From positions 198,949,315 through 199,013,314 of the forward strand of contig NC_068981.1 of assembly GCF_001194135.2 (NCBI RefSeq): a stretch of 64,000 bases of DNA. Reading direction: 5' to 3'. The notes beneath the pieces are model-generated. The model saw only the letters and a program-made list of their open reading frames with translations. It made no database searches and was not told the DNA's origin. The stretch's first letter is position 1, and the number at the start of each line of letters is the position of its first letter. The translations under genes were made by a program, and so were the position numbers. This document shows positions 52,666 to 64,000 of this stretch, in pieces. The DNA comes from Octopus bimaculoides. Lineage: Eukaryota.

Positions 52666-54776
52666 GGCACCGATTATTTGTATTTATTCACAGTTTTAAC
52701 TCCACAGCCATATATATCTTTCTTCCTTGCTTTTCTTTCTTTCTGACAACACAGTTTTCCCCATCAATGATCTATTATAGTATATTAAGTTCCATGCAGC
52801 CACTTCTCTATGTCTATTTCTGATATGTACATCAACTTAGCCAAAGAGTCTGAATACACTAAACGAAGTTTTCTACTGTAATCAATGGTGTGGAGATGTT
52901 GGAAAGCAAGGGATAAATTTTGTAGGGAACCTGACAACAATTTTATGAATGTCATACTCGTGGATATTGGTAGAGTTCTTTCCAATACAAGCAGCATATG
53001 TTGTCAGGCATAGCTTTCAGCCAAATTTCAACATTTATCTGGAGCCATGTCCTGTCTCTGCAATATCTTTTAATCCCATGCATTTTTCTTAGGATTCAGG
53101 TCAGATGATCCTGGCCCTTTATCCAATAAAGTAATTAACATTAGCTCTAAGCCAGCTGTGAAGAAAGTCAGAGTGCAGCAGCCTCTCTTCAGACTATATT
53201 CAGGTAGGATGTTTAGAGTTTACGAATCTTACTTGCTGTGCTTGGAAAATGGATTTCAATGAAAATGCTGACAACTTTGAGGTATTATTCAAATCCCAGA
53301 TTTCAATGGCACCCACCTTCTTTCATTTCATAATGCTTGGTTATTGCTTGACTGTTGTCAATGTATAACTGGGATTCTACTTTGGTGGACAATGAAAATA
53401 GGTGGTAGATTAGATGCAAATTGCTTGATGGAGGTTTTCTCACTAAATTTGAAGCTCTGCACAATTTCAGAAAATCCTTGATAACCTTGTTTCTTTTTCA
53501 ATTTTTCTTTTTCTTTTTATCACTGGAGCGTGTTCAACAATGTTTAAATTTTCCTCCAATCAATGTCTTATTGTCTTAGTTCTACATTTTCCTGCTGCCA
53601 GCAACTGTGTGTGTGTGTGTGTATGGCACTACCAAATATAAATGGCAATATTACACAAACAACATGAATCATTGGATTAGACTGAAGAATTATGGCTTGA
53701 GGTCTTGCCAGATTTGTATTTTTCTGTCAAAACTGGAACAAAGCTACATGCACAGGACCAACACAGACATTTGAGTCAATATCTTCTGCAATGTCAGGCT
53801 ATTGCCACATGATGTAACCATTTGGACATTTTTCTTTTTTTCCAAGAGATGACACTTCATTTTCATTTCATCATTTATACATCATATTAAATAATATAAA
53901 CGAACATCATTAGTTACAAATTTCTAGTAGATAATTAGTGATCTTTAAGTCATCATCATCATTTTTCCATGCTGGCATGGGTTGGACAGTTTGACAGAAG
54001 CTGGTAAGGCTGGAGGGCTGCATCAGGATTCAGTTGTCTGTTTTGGCTTGGTTTCTACAGCTGGATGTCCTTCTTAAAGCCAACCAATCTACAGAGTGTA
54101 CTAGGTGCTTTCTATGTGCCGCCAACAAATGTACTGTTACCGTTTGTATTCCAATGTTTAACCAAGATTGTATGTGTGTTTGTAAATTATGTCAGACTTT
54201 CTTGACCATTTACATTCTGATTTTGAAAGTCACTGAAATCTGCTTTGCTGCCAACCTTCCATCAGCTGATAATAAAATGTCTCTGTCAATGAGTAAAGTC
54301 CAACTTTATTGATGACACATATCCTTTATAATTTTTAGACCCTCTGCTAACTTAGAATGAAGATGTATTCATAGGATTTGTAATATAATGGAGAGAGAAT
54401 CCATTGTTTACTGTGGCCCCAATATTTGACTGGAACTTTTATTTTCATAACCTTGAAGGGATGAAAAGTAAAGTTGACCTCTGGGATTTGAAATCAAAAT
54501 GTGAAGTGCCAGAAAAATACCCCAAGGCATTTTTATCAAAACTCTGACAATTATACAAATCTACCACCCTTAATATCATCATCATCATCATCATCATCAT
54601 CACCATCCACTTTTCCATGCTTGAACCAGTCTTTATTCAGGCAGAGTTTCTAAGACCATTGCTGTGCCACTGCATGACTGGCACAGTCTCATTTACAACT
54701 ACCATGCAATACCTGCACCAGAGGACAGAAGCATACTTCTAGTCATTCAGTCATTCATACATACATACGTATATAT

Positions 54777-54841
<65 letters not shown>

Positions 54842-54844
54842 AGA

Positions 54845-55150
54845 CTATTTTTCAGTTTTCACCTACCAGATTCACTCACAAGACTTGTTAGCCTACTTGC
54901 CCAAGGTGCCACACATTGGGACTGAACCCAGAACCATTTGGTTGGGAAGCAAACTTCTCAACCATACAGCCATGCCTTTCTATACACATATATGTATATA
55001 GACTGAGGTATAGCTGTGTGGTTTGTAGAAGTACACCATTTTGAGTTCAGACCCACTGCATAGCTCCTTGGGCAAGTGCTGGGTTGACTAAAACCTTGTG
55101 AGTAGGTTTGGTTTATGGAAACTGAAAGAAGCTCATCATGTGTGTGTGTG
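54845..55150. mobile_element. Head-to-head inverted pair of family B SINE 5' halves
   Basis: Minus copy at 54845-54975 and plus copy at ~55010-55150. Confidence 0.75.
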
Positions 55151-55162
55151 TGTATATATATC

Positions 55163-55835
55163 ATCATCATCGTTTAACGTCTGCTTTCCATGCTAGCATG
55201 GGTTGGACGACTTGACTGAGGACTGGTGAAACCGGATGGCAACACCAGGCTCCAATCTAAATTTGGCAGAGTTTCTACAGCTGGATGCCCTTCCTAACAC
55301 CAACCACTCAGAGAGTATATATATGTATACCGATGGACTGGCCCTCGTGCCGGTGGCATGTAAAAGCACCTACTACACTCTCGGAGTTGTTGGCGTTAGG
55401 AAGGGCATCCAGCTGTAGAAACTCCGCCAAATCAGATTGGAGCCTGGTGCAGCCATCTGGTTCACTAGTCCTCAGTCAAATCGTCCAACCCATGCCGATC
55501 TTTCAAAAGTGGATGGAACATGTAGAAGTGAAAGACCCAGGAAGACATGGGATGAAGTACAAAAGAATGACCTCAGGATGCTAAACCTTTCAGGTGAGAT
55601 GACAAAAGACGGAGATATCAGGCACCTTGCTGTACTCGAGAAGTGTTAAGACCAGTCCCTCTGGTGGTATGGAAGCACTTGTGGCTGGGCCATGTAAAAG
55701 CATCCAGCCATAGAAACCATGCGAGATCAGACTGGAGGAGTCTAGTGCAGCTCCCCAGTTTGCCAGCCCTGGTCAAACCACCCATCCCATGCCAGTATGG
55801 ACAATGGATGTTGAATGATGATGATGATGATGATG
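55163..55835. mobile_element. Cluster of RTE pieces: minus tail, plus tail, ORF C-terminus (RPRKTWDEV...), plus tail
   Basis: Tail motifs as elsewhere in the window. KVDGTCRSERPRKTWDEVQKNDLRMLNL at 55500-55650 is the RTE C-terminus. Confidence 0.8.
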
Positions 55836-56135
55836 GTGGTGTGTGTGTGTGCGTGAGAGAGACTGACACTGAGTCTCGGTTTATCCATTGGTGCCATATT
55901 AAACAGGAACTTTTCTCTAATGTAGCACACTGAATCCTACCTACTTCCTTCTTGTTTGTTTAATTTAGTTGTTAATCCTAATGTAGTTGTGCATATTGAC
56001 TGATGCTAGTCCTGTGTATCTGATATTTTCAGTGCAGGAAATATAACTGCAAATTCTATTGATCTTACTAATTCATATCCCACTACTGCAGACAGACGCT
56101 ATAAACCTGAATTTACTGTGTGCAACAACAATGCG

Positions 56136-56169
<34 letters not shown>

Positions 56170-56799
56170 GTGTATATATTTATGTATATATACTTGACAG
56201 ACAAAGTAAAAATGAAATCCAATTATTTGAAGTAATTTCACTAATATTTAATTTGCAAAACCAGAGAAAGTGCTTTGAAATTATTCACAAATATCTTTCT
56301 ATAAAAGATGTTGTTTTATACTTTTATTTATGTAATTATTACAGTTTTTCAAAGAGGTATTTTTAAAAAATCCTACCTAAAATAGAGACACACACATAAA
56401 ATAGACACACACACATAAAATAGAGACACACACACACATGCTTTGATACACAATAGTGTAGTGGCTGCTGTGCTGGAAGAGCAGCGGACAAAGTAAGGAG
56501 GGGGTAGGAAGGGCTCAGAGAACCCTAACACCCCGACTGGTGACAAAAAAAAAAACTCAGCCTCTGTTAGCAACAAAAACGTTTGTCTCCCAGTAAGAAT
56601 TGAGAATGTGACATCTGTGTGGAAGCAAAATTTGGGAACAGAAAATGATTTAAGAGTCCTCTATATTTGTAATACGTTTCCTACAAAACATCAAAGGTTA
56701 CACACATATGCGTACACACACAGACTTCTGTAAAACTCTGCCATTCTTCCATATATTTGGCATCTGTTCTAAAGACTCATACTATTCTGTCTAGCAGAA

Positions 56800-57260
56800 T
56801 TTGGACGATTTGACTGAGGACTGGCAAACCAGAAGGCTGCACCAGGCTCCAATCTGATCTGGCAGAGTTTCTATGGCTGGATGCCCTTCCTAACGCCAAC
56901 CACTCAGAGAGTGTAGTGGGTGCTTTTACATGCCACCGGCACGAGGGCCAGTCAGGCAGTACTGGTAATGGCCACGCTTAAATGGTGTTTTTTATGTGCC
57001 ACCTGCACAGGAGCCAGTCCAGTGGCACTGGCAACGACCTCGCTCGAATATTTTCTCACGTGCCACCAGCACAAGTGCCAGTATGTCGACGCTGGTAACG
57101 ATCACACTCGAATGGTGCTTTTTACATACCACTGGCACGGAAGCCAGACAGTTGCTCTGGCAATGATCACGCTCAGATGGTGCTGTTAACGCTCCACTAG
57201 CACTGGTGCCAGTCGTCGATTTTGGTTCAATTTTGATTTCACTTGCCTTAACAGGTCTTT
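56800..57260 (-). mobile_element. Long RTE 3'UTR copy with ~55-60-bp tandem subrepeats
   Basis: Repeated CACGCT(C)AAATGGTG(C/T)TTTT...GTGCCACC units following the tail motif. Confidence 0.8.
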
Positions 57261-57798
57261 GCAGACAATTCACAACTTAATAGTATTTTAAAACACAATT
57301 TTCCAGTCTGATCCAATTACAAAATTTTTAAATCACTGATGATTCATTGTACATGGACAAATAAAGTTGATTCTTTTCACAACTGCTCTTTAAATTCTTC
57401 AAGTTCCTTGGATTCTAATGTTGGTAATGTAAAACACAGTGTGACCAACATGCTTGGAGCTTTCTCTGTGACAAGATCAATGAATCCAAATCTATTTCCA
57501 ATCACTGCAGCAACTCCTGTACACTCTGATACAATGCCATCATACCCCATGGTAGTTGAACAGCCAATGGATGAACTTGAACTGCCATATGATGGCAAAA
57601 TTCTGTTTTGATGATACCAACTTCTTTGATAATACCAATTTCAAAGCACCATGGTGCCAACATAATTATTATGCTGGTCATCAGGGGTCATGTTCTTTCT
57701 TACTTCTTATGGCTTCACATTTCCACTGCTCATTAACAAATTCGAAGTCATGCATTGTGCTCTCTCTCGGTTCAGTGAAGCTAAAACCAAGCCCTTCA

Positions 57799-57846
57799 TT
57801 AACCCTCCCCCACTCCTGTTTTTACAACATCATATTCACTTAAAAT
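57799..57846 (-). CDS. Candidate terminal exon (ILSEYDVVKTGVGEG*) of an antisense gene
   Basis: Acceptor tttgttaattcttacag|. The phase-0 reading continues the exon at 58152-58223. Confidence 0.35.
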   Translation of the reverse strand: MLSEYDVVKTGVGEG

Positions 57847-58151
57847 CTGTAAGAATTAACAAACACCAAATATAAACAGCTGAAAAATAATTTTTTTAAT
57901 ACAAACAGAATCATTAGCATCAATTTTCTGCAATGATAGAATGTAAATGATTTGTCCAAATGGTGCCACTTATTGGTGTTGAAGATGTGCAAATGGTCTG
58001 CACTTCTACATAATGCATCTCTAGTCTAATGCTCACCCATGCCTATACATAAACTGACAAAGGACTGGGGAAATGTGTTTTATAAAATAATTAGAGTTAA
58101 TTATGTCGTTGTTGATTGTAGTTTATAATAAAGATTGAGTGCCATACTCAC

Positions 58152-58223
58152 AAAGAATATGGATACTACCGTTGCCACCAGTGTTTGGGCAGCCGTGCCG
58201 TAGAATGAGATATCAAAGTCAGC
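58152..58223 (-). CDS. Candidate 72-nt exon (ADFDISFYGTAAQTLVATVVSIFF)
   Basis: tttatttaaattcatacatag|...TTT|gtgagtat. Only phase 0 is open, and the GC-richer codon-like body stands out from AT-rich flanks. Confidence 0.5.
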
Positions 58224-59689
58224 CTATGTATGAATTTAAATAAAGATAATGGATGAAAGAAAGATGCACCAGCATGATATGAAATTCTGTGCTTTTTTAG
58301 TGCTATTTTGCTGTTATGAGCTATTTTAATTATTAATAATTGGTCAACAGACTCACTTCTATTTACTGATTGTCAGAAATAAAGAATGAAATATTTAAAT
58401 GTGATAAATGCATTTTGTTGATTCTAATCACAATAGTTTACTGTTAATTTCTCAAATTAATTGTCTGCAAAACAATAAGATAATAAATACAAATGAAAAC
58501 CTATTAAATAATGAAGAAACATTGAATGGTTGTCTTTCTTAAGTTCGACTGTAAATTGGTTATATTGTTAAAAATTGGTAAAGACAATTGTGTCAGAATG
58601 GAGGGAAAATGTCTAACTTCTAAATTGTTGTTGTTGAGTCAGCACCAAAGTCTTCATGTTATTAACAAATACAACACATTTAACAAGTTGTTGTAGATAT
58701 AGGAAATAATTGAAACTAAATGACAGGAAATTGATCTTTTGTTGACATTTCCACATATTTAGGCTGGTTGGAGGAATAAGTTATTCAGGTATTATTTTAC
58801 TTCTGGATGCCCTTCTCAATGCTAACCCCCACCTGTTTTCTAAGTAAGAGATTTTCTGTTCCACACAGCTTTGAAGGCATAAAGTGAATGAAAAAATTTG
58901 TAACATAAGTGCCAACAGCACAACTCCATTTTTAAATAAATAAATGCAAGATGATAACAAAAGAAATCAATCCTGCCAGCATGTGCACACACGCATACGT
59001 GACAGGCTTAGGGTCCCTTCCTCTCATTTCTGTTTAGCAAATCCACTCACAAGGTTTCAAGCAACCTGGGACTATAACAGCAGACAGATACCCAAAGTGC
59101 TGCTCCCTGGGACTGAATCGGAAACTTCATGGTTGAGAAGCAAACTCCTCATCTCCAAAGTCCAGGATTCAAGTGAATCAGCTTCCTAAGTGGTAAAGCA
59201 CCGGATCAGGTTGAAAAAGGAAATTGTGTACACAATGAATTCCAAGAAACATATATATGAATACATACCAAAGTACAAACGGATTCCATTTGTATGTACA
59301 ATTGACCGTTCCTGACTGAGTGTATTTCTGAGTCACAGAGCTGTACTTAGGAACACGCACTGCATCAGTTGTACTGCACTTAATAAACTCCAGATCCATG
59401 CTAATAGCAGGTTTTGAGTAAGATAAATAATGAATAACAACAGACGGATAATAGTTCATTCACTACAGCTGTTTTAAACAAATTTCTTTTATTGATGAAT
59501 AGAAATATTACATCATGCGAAAAAAAGAAATGTTCTCATCGGGTAAATATACGTGAATTACACATTTAAAAAGCATTCCAAACCTCACCAGTTTGTGCCA
59601 CTTCATGATTTCCTAACCCATAAGAGTTAAAAAAATCTTTTGACAATTACTGGTCAGTGACTCATGTAGATCCATGGTTGCATTAACAG

Positions 59690-60135
59690 CTTAATAATGC
59701 AGTTCTATATTTAAGAGTTGAGGAATTATGAATATTATTTACATTATTTATATTTGACGGATATTTGTCCTCATCTTGTTTGTTGTTAACACAATGTTTC
59801 GGCTGATATACTCTCCAGCATTCATCAGGTGTCTTGGGGAAATTTCGAACCTGGTTCTCATTCCTAAGGTATTTTTTGATGTTATTATTTATTAAAATCA
59901 CTTCCTGAGATTGAACTCGGAATCTAGGAGTTAAGAGCACGGGCTACTAACTCTAAGATTCCGAGTTCGATTCCAGGCAGTGACCTGAATAATAATATTA
60001 ATAATAATATCGGAGAACCCAGGTTCGAAATTTCCCCAAGACACCTGATGAAGGCTGGAGGGTATATCAGCTGAAACGTTGTGTTAACAACAAACAAGAT
60101 GAGGACAAATATCCGTCAAATGTAAATAATGTAAT
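59690..60135. mobile_element. Inverted pair 2 of the tRNA-headed Penelope-tail SINE (minus 59690-59930, plus 59931-60135; heads fused)
   Basis: Same family as 12958-13555. B box GTTCGATTCC at 59965-59974. Confidence 0.85.
60040..60085 (+). ncRNA. Minimal type I hammerhead ribozyme motif (Penelope-type)
   Basis: GACAC-CTGATGA-A-GGCTG-GAGGGTATAT-CAGCT-GAAAC-GTT-GTGTT: stem I GACAC/GTGTT, catalytic core, stem II GGCTG/CAGCT, palindromic ACGT stem III, predicted GUU cleavage triplet. Confidence 0.65.
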
Positions 60136-63100
60136 AACTTAATAATGGTTTGTTTTCACAGTAATATACAAGAAAACAACATTAAAAAAAAATAAGCTTT
60201 ATACATTTATTTATGCATTGTAAACTTTCATTTAAATGTTTAGTGTTGATTCCCAGAAAAGAAAAGAGAAAAAGAGCACCGAGTAACATCGAGATTGGCA
60301 ATTGGTGTTGGGGGAGTTTATGTCTCAGTGTTTCATCAAAAGAAACCAATCGAATGAGTAACAGGCTTAAAAGAATGGGGTTGATTTGGTTGACTAAAGA
60401 TTCTTCAAAGTGATGCCCCAGCATGGCCAGTCTAATGACTGACATAAAAGGTAACAGATATGTCTTCAGTTTCTCTCCAATGGTGGAAATCCTGTTGAAA
60501 ATAAGAAATACTTGCTTCTTTTGTATTAAAGTCTTCAACTGTGTCTTCAATGTCGATCAAGAATTAAATGTATTCAAAGAATAAATGCTTTGACACATTA
60601 TGAGAAATACACCTTTTATAGATCGTTGTGAACATTTACAAACAAATATAATTAATAGTAATACATATGTTTCTTAATTGATAATTTCTTACCATGACTG
60701 ATATAACACGCAATGTTTCTTTGTTCTCTTATCGCTATCTTGATAAAGAACCTCTCACTGGAACATTGATGTCTATTCCCCACCCACTACCCAACAATTT
60801 CTATTCATTTCTCTCTCAATTTCCTAGTGAATGTTAATCGGGATAGCGACATGCATGGCTGATATAATGTTTGACATTGCAATGTTCAACAGCTTGAAAT
60901 TAAATAAAAGAATCTTAGTCATTTCAATTTCTTATTGTCATTTGTTTTATTATCAACAGTTGGATATACTTTAGTATGATACTCTCTATTAAGGAAAGAG
61001 TTTTTCCTGTTTGTAGATGATAATGTTAGTTGCAGTAGATTTGGTGGTTTTGTTGTTGCTGCTGCTGCTGTTGTTGTTTCATTGTCATGTAGATAGACTT
61101 TGAGGAAAAAAAGCAATTAGTTAATTTGTTTAAAATATTGCAGTGTGTGAATGACATCAATATCAGTAACAGCATTTCGTCTGTCTTGATTTTCTGAGGT
61201 TAAATTCTGCTGGACTTTGCCTTTTGTCCTTTCAGGGTCAATGAACCAAGTACCAGTCATGTACTGGGGGTTGATGTAATCAACTTAACCCCCACGCACA
61301 CTCCCCTGAACTTGCTGGCCTTGTGCCAGATATTTGAAACAAGTATTGATATACCTAATTAAAAAAGCATTGAATTCTAATTGCCCTCTGTGTATTGTTC
61401 TTCAGAGTTTGTCTCATTCTGAGACGGGAGCTTTTAACACAAGTCTACAAAGAGATTTTCTATCTCAGACAATGCCATTCAACAGTGAATATACATTTAG
61501 TATGATACACAGATAATGTAGTTTTGAGTATTTTCATATTAATTTACATTACCTTGCTTCTCACCTGCATTCCTTGACACTTTAAGCATTCAGATTATGC
61601 TGTCAAATGTAATACTTATTTATTCACATTGTTTTGAATTAATCCTGGATTGTCTCAAAGCTTTGAAATTTTGATAATGTTTCTTTTTTAGAGTTACATT
61701 GTAGAGTAGGTGTGATAAGCCAGATCTGACTAGTCTGAACATAAAACAGGTTGAATATTTGGGCTGGATAAGGTTTAAAATGACAGGTTGGTCATGTCCG
61801 GGAAGCAGTTGATCAGTGGTCTGATATGTGTTGGCCGAGGGCTAAACATCAACAGAGAGAGACAAGATTATAGACCTGTGTGTTCTATGTCAGTATCAAG
61901 CAACCATCATTAGTTGATGAGGGTGAGCAGAGGGAGCAGTGGGTAGTTAGATGGTGGTTGATAATTTAGTATTTTGTTCCAAAGTATGAAATCCTGATGA
62001 AATATTGTTTATAGAATCTTTAATGAATCACCTGATTAAAAATCTATCTATTCATACTTAATTAACCAAAGATTCTAATAGAAATTTACTGAAGTTTCAT
62101 CAGTTTTTCTTACAACATTTGTAAATGTTTCTTTTATAAAATGGCAAACTATCAAGTTTTTTATTTTTATTTACTATTTTTGTTTCTATACTTGGCATTG
62201 TTAGAAATGAGAAACGGTAAAGGTTCTGTGTTGAATGAGTGACATAATTTTAATCATTGTTTATTTTTGTTTTTCTGGTGCTGGGGTTAGTTTTGAAAAG
62301 AATTTTCAAAATATAAAGACTATTCTACTTTAAAGCAAACTTTTTAAACATCTTCATTGTAGTTTTTATTTTAAGTTCATATTTTCTTTTCTCTCTTTCT
62401 CTTCTTTTCTGTTCTTTGTTCCTTTATGTCTGGAATTTTGTCTTTTTATCTGGTCCCCTTCACGTTTCAGTTGTTGTTTAGTCTCAAGTCACTCCTGATA
62501 CAACAAAGTAGTCCAGCTGTGACCATCCCTTCCTAGCTTTAATTTATGCATAATGTATCCTGGATTACATTATCTAATGTGTTCCTGCTGTTGAGCCAAG
62601 CCTACTCTTGATCAAGCAATCCTTTGATCTGACATTCCAGTTGTGACCATCTAGGACTAGATTATGCAATAAAGCTTTCCTCTTTTTTGAAAAAGAAACT
62701 ATTATGATTTGAGGGCGAGTTAGCTGCTATTTCTAGATCAAGCTGTCATATAAATCCACATATTTTGGCTTGTAAAATACATTTTGTTGATAAAGTTGGG
62801 CAAATGTTGCTTGAATTCATTGTGAATATAACTTCAATTGTAACCACAGTTGACATTCCATAGTGATGATGATGATGGTGGTGGTGGTGGTGATGTAAGG
62901 TGCGACAGGTTGTAATTGCTCTGGTTTTTTTTATTGATAATGTTGTGCCAGTTACTGAAAAGCCAACACCCTTGGCTCATTGTTCCACATTGCCAACTAT
63001 CATAAAAGTAATTCTATATCCAACACCACTCCTTCTTTCACTCTGAATGTTACTAAAGAAATCTTTTTAACAATTTGTCTCTTGGTCTCTTGGTTAATGT

Positions 63101-63163
63101 TACTTCTTGTATCATGAGCAGCAACTAGTTTAGTGCAGTCTACAGCATTTGATGTGGTGAACC

Positions 63164-63198
<35 letters not shown>

Positions 63199-63889
63199 GT
63201 GTTTTAAATCCTTATTGAGAGGATATTTCAATTCCCATTTAAAACACTTTTCTTTTTAAACTATTGAATTAAGTTAACTAAAACATGAGAAATAGAATCA
63301 GAATTTTATAAATGAATTCATCATAAGTTCTCTGTGTTGTAAACGACAACAACAAAAATAAAAGCAAGTTTGGAATTTTATAAAATTTAATTCTTTTTTT
63401 TTTACCATTGTTTATCATTGGCAAACCATCAGATATGGACAAGAAACAAAAGGAAAAGAGATTGTCTTTGGCCACCTCTGAACCTGGTTCTCTCCATGAT
63501 TACACTGCATTTATACAGTAAAATATCTGGGTTATTGCAGCAGCAGCATGGCCAGTATTAGTTGTAATACCAAATCGATCTTCTACCCTGATGTGATTAT
63601 ATAAACTGCTTAATTATAATTTTAGTCTTAATTGGACTTCATTGATTTTATTGCAAACTTTTAAGTTTCCTAAAAAGTTCTCTTTTTCTCAGAGTCTTGC
63701 TGTTGTTTTTCTAACTTTTTCTTTTTTTAATTAATTAATAATTGATTTTAGTTTTAAAATACTAAACTCATTAAATTTTGTGAGGAAGCAGAGATGCTCA
63801 AACATCTGATAAGATGTTTATAGTATTTAGTTCCACCTGGTTCCATCCTTTTAAACCTCACCAGTGTTGTCTTTGATTCCTATTAACAG

Positions 63890-63953
63890 ATACAGTCTTT
63901 CTATAGAAATTTCAGGATTTCTGCCAATGTTAGAAGTCATCAACTTTCTTTTG
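63890..63953 (+). CDS. Probable second coding exon (IQSFYRNFRISANVRSHQLSF), continuing the presequence
   Basis: ctttgattcctattaacag| acceptor in phase 0, matching the 42110 donor. Donor TTG|gtaaag, or AAG|gtatca at 63959. R-rich with no acidic residues. Confidence 0.45.
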
Positions 63954-64000
63954 GTAAAGGTATCAAACAATTTTAATTCAAAAGGATTATACAACTTGTT

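Noticed and set aside
52785-53500. Possible hAT transposase C-terminal fossil on the minus strand
   Set aside because: Only loose resemblance (DSLAKLMYISEIDIEKW), too degenerate to call without a search.
56940-57200. Regularly spaced ~55-60-bp repeats resembling a CRISPR array
   Set aside because: Degenerate subrepeats of the RTE 3'UTR with similar intervening sequence, in a eukaryotic context with no cas genes.
63432-63590. Exon-like frames on both strands (MDKKQKEKRLSLATSEPG on +; VEDRFGITTNTGHAAAA on -)
   Set aside because: Splice sites are mediocre and neither reading fits the phase of the supported exons.

Overview
AT-rich, microsatellite-dense animal genomic DNA with several assembly gaps. 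The repeat repertoire (RTE, CR1-like and R4/Dong LINEs, tRNA-derived SINEs, Tc1/mariner and hAT relics, a Gypsy gag relic) resembles a coleoid cephalopod such as Octopus; this is inference, not a database match. There is no intact long ORF: almost all long ORFs in the supplied track come from microsatellites, N gaps or transposons. Host-gene signal is limited to small exons. (i) A + strand gene starts in a CpG-retaining domain (~39.3-51.7 kb), with a first coding exon at 42003-42110 and a probable second at 63890-63953 that together encode a mitochondrial-type presequence. (ii) A probable terminal exon at 25451-25552 has several candidate small upstream exons. (iii) A candidate antisense exon pair lies at 57799-58223. 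The most unusual signal is a short element with a tRNA-like Pol III head and a Penelope-type tail carrying a minimal hammerhead ribozyme motif, present twice as head-to-head inverted pairs (12958-13555 and 59690-60135). The window is also rich in long inverted repeats that could form dsRNA. No CRISPR array, rRNA gene or true tRNA gene was seen.
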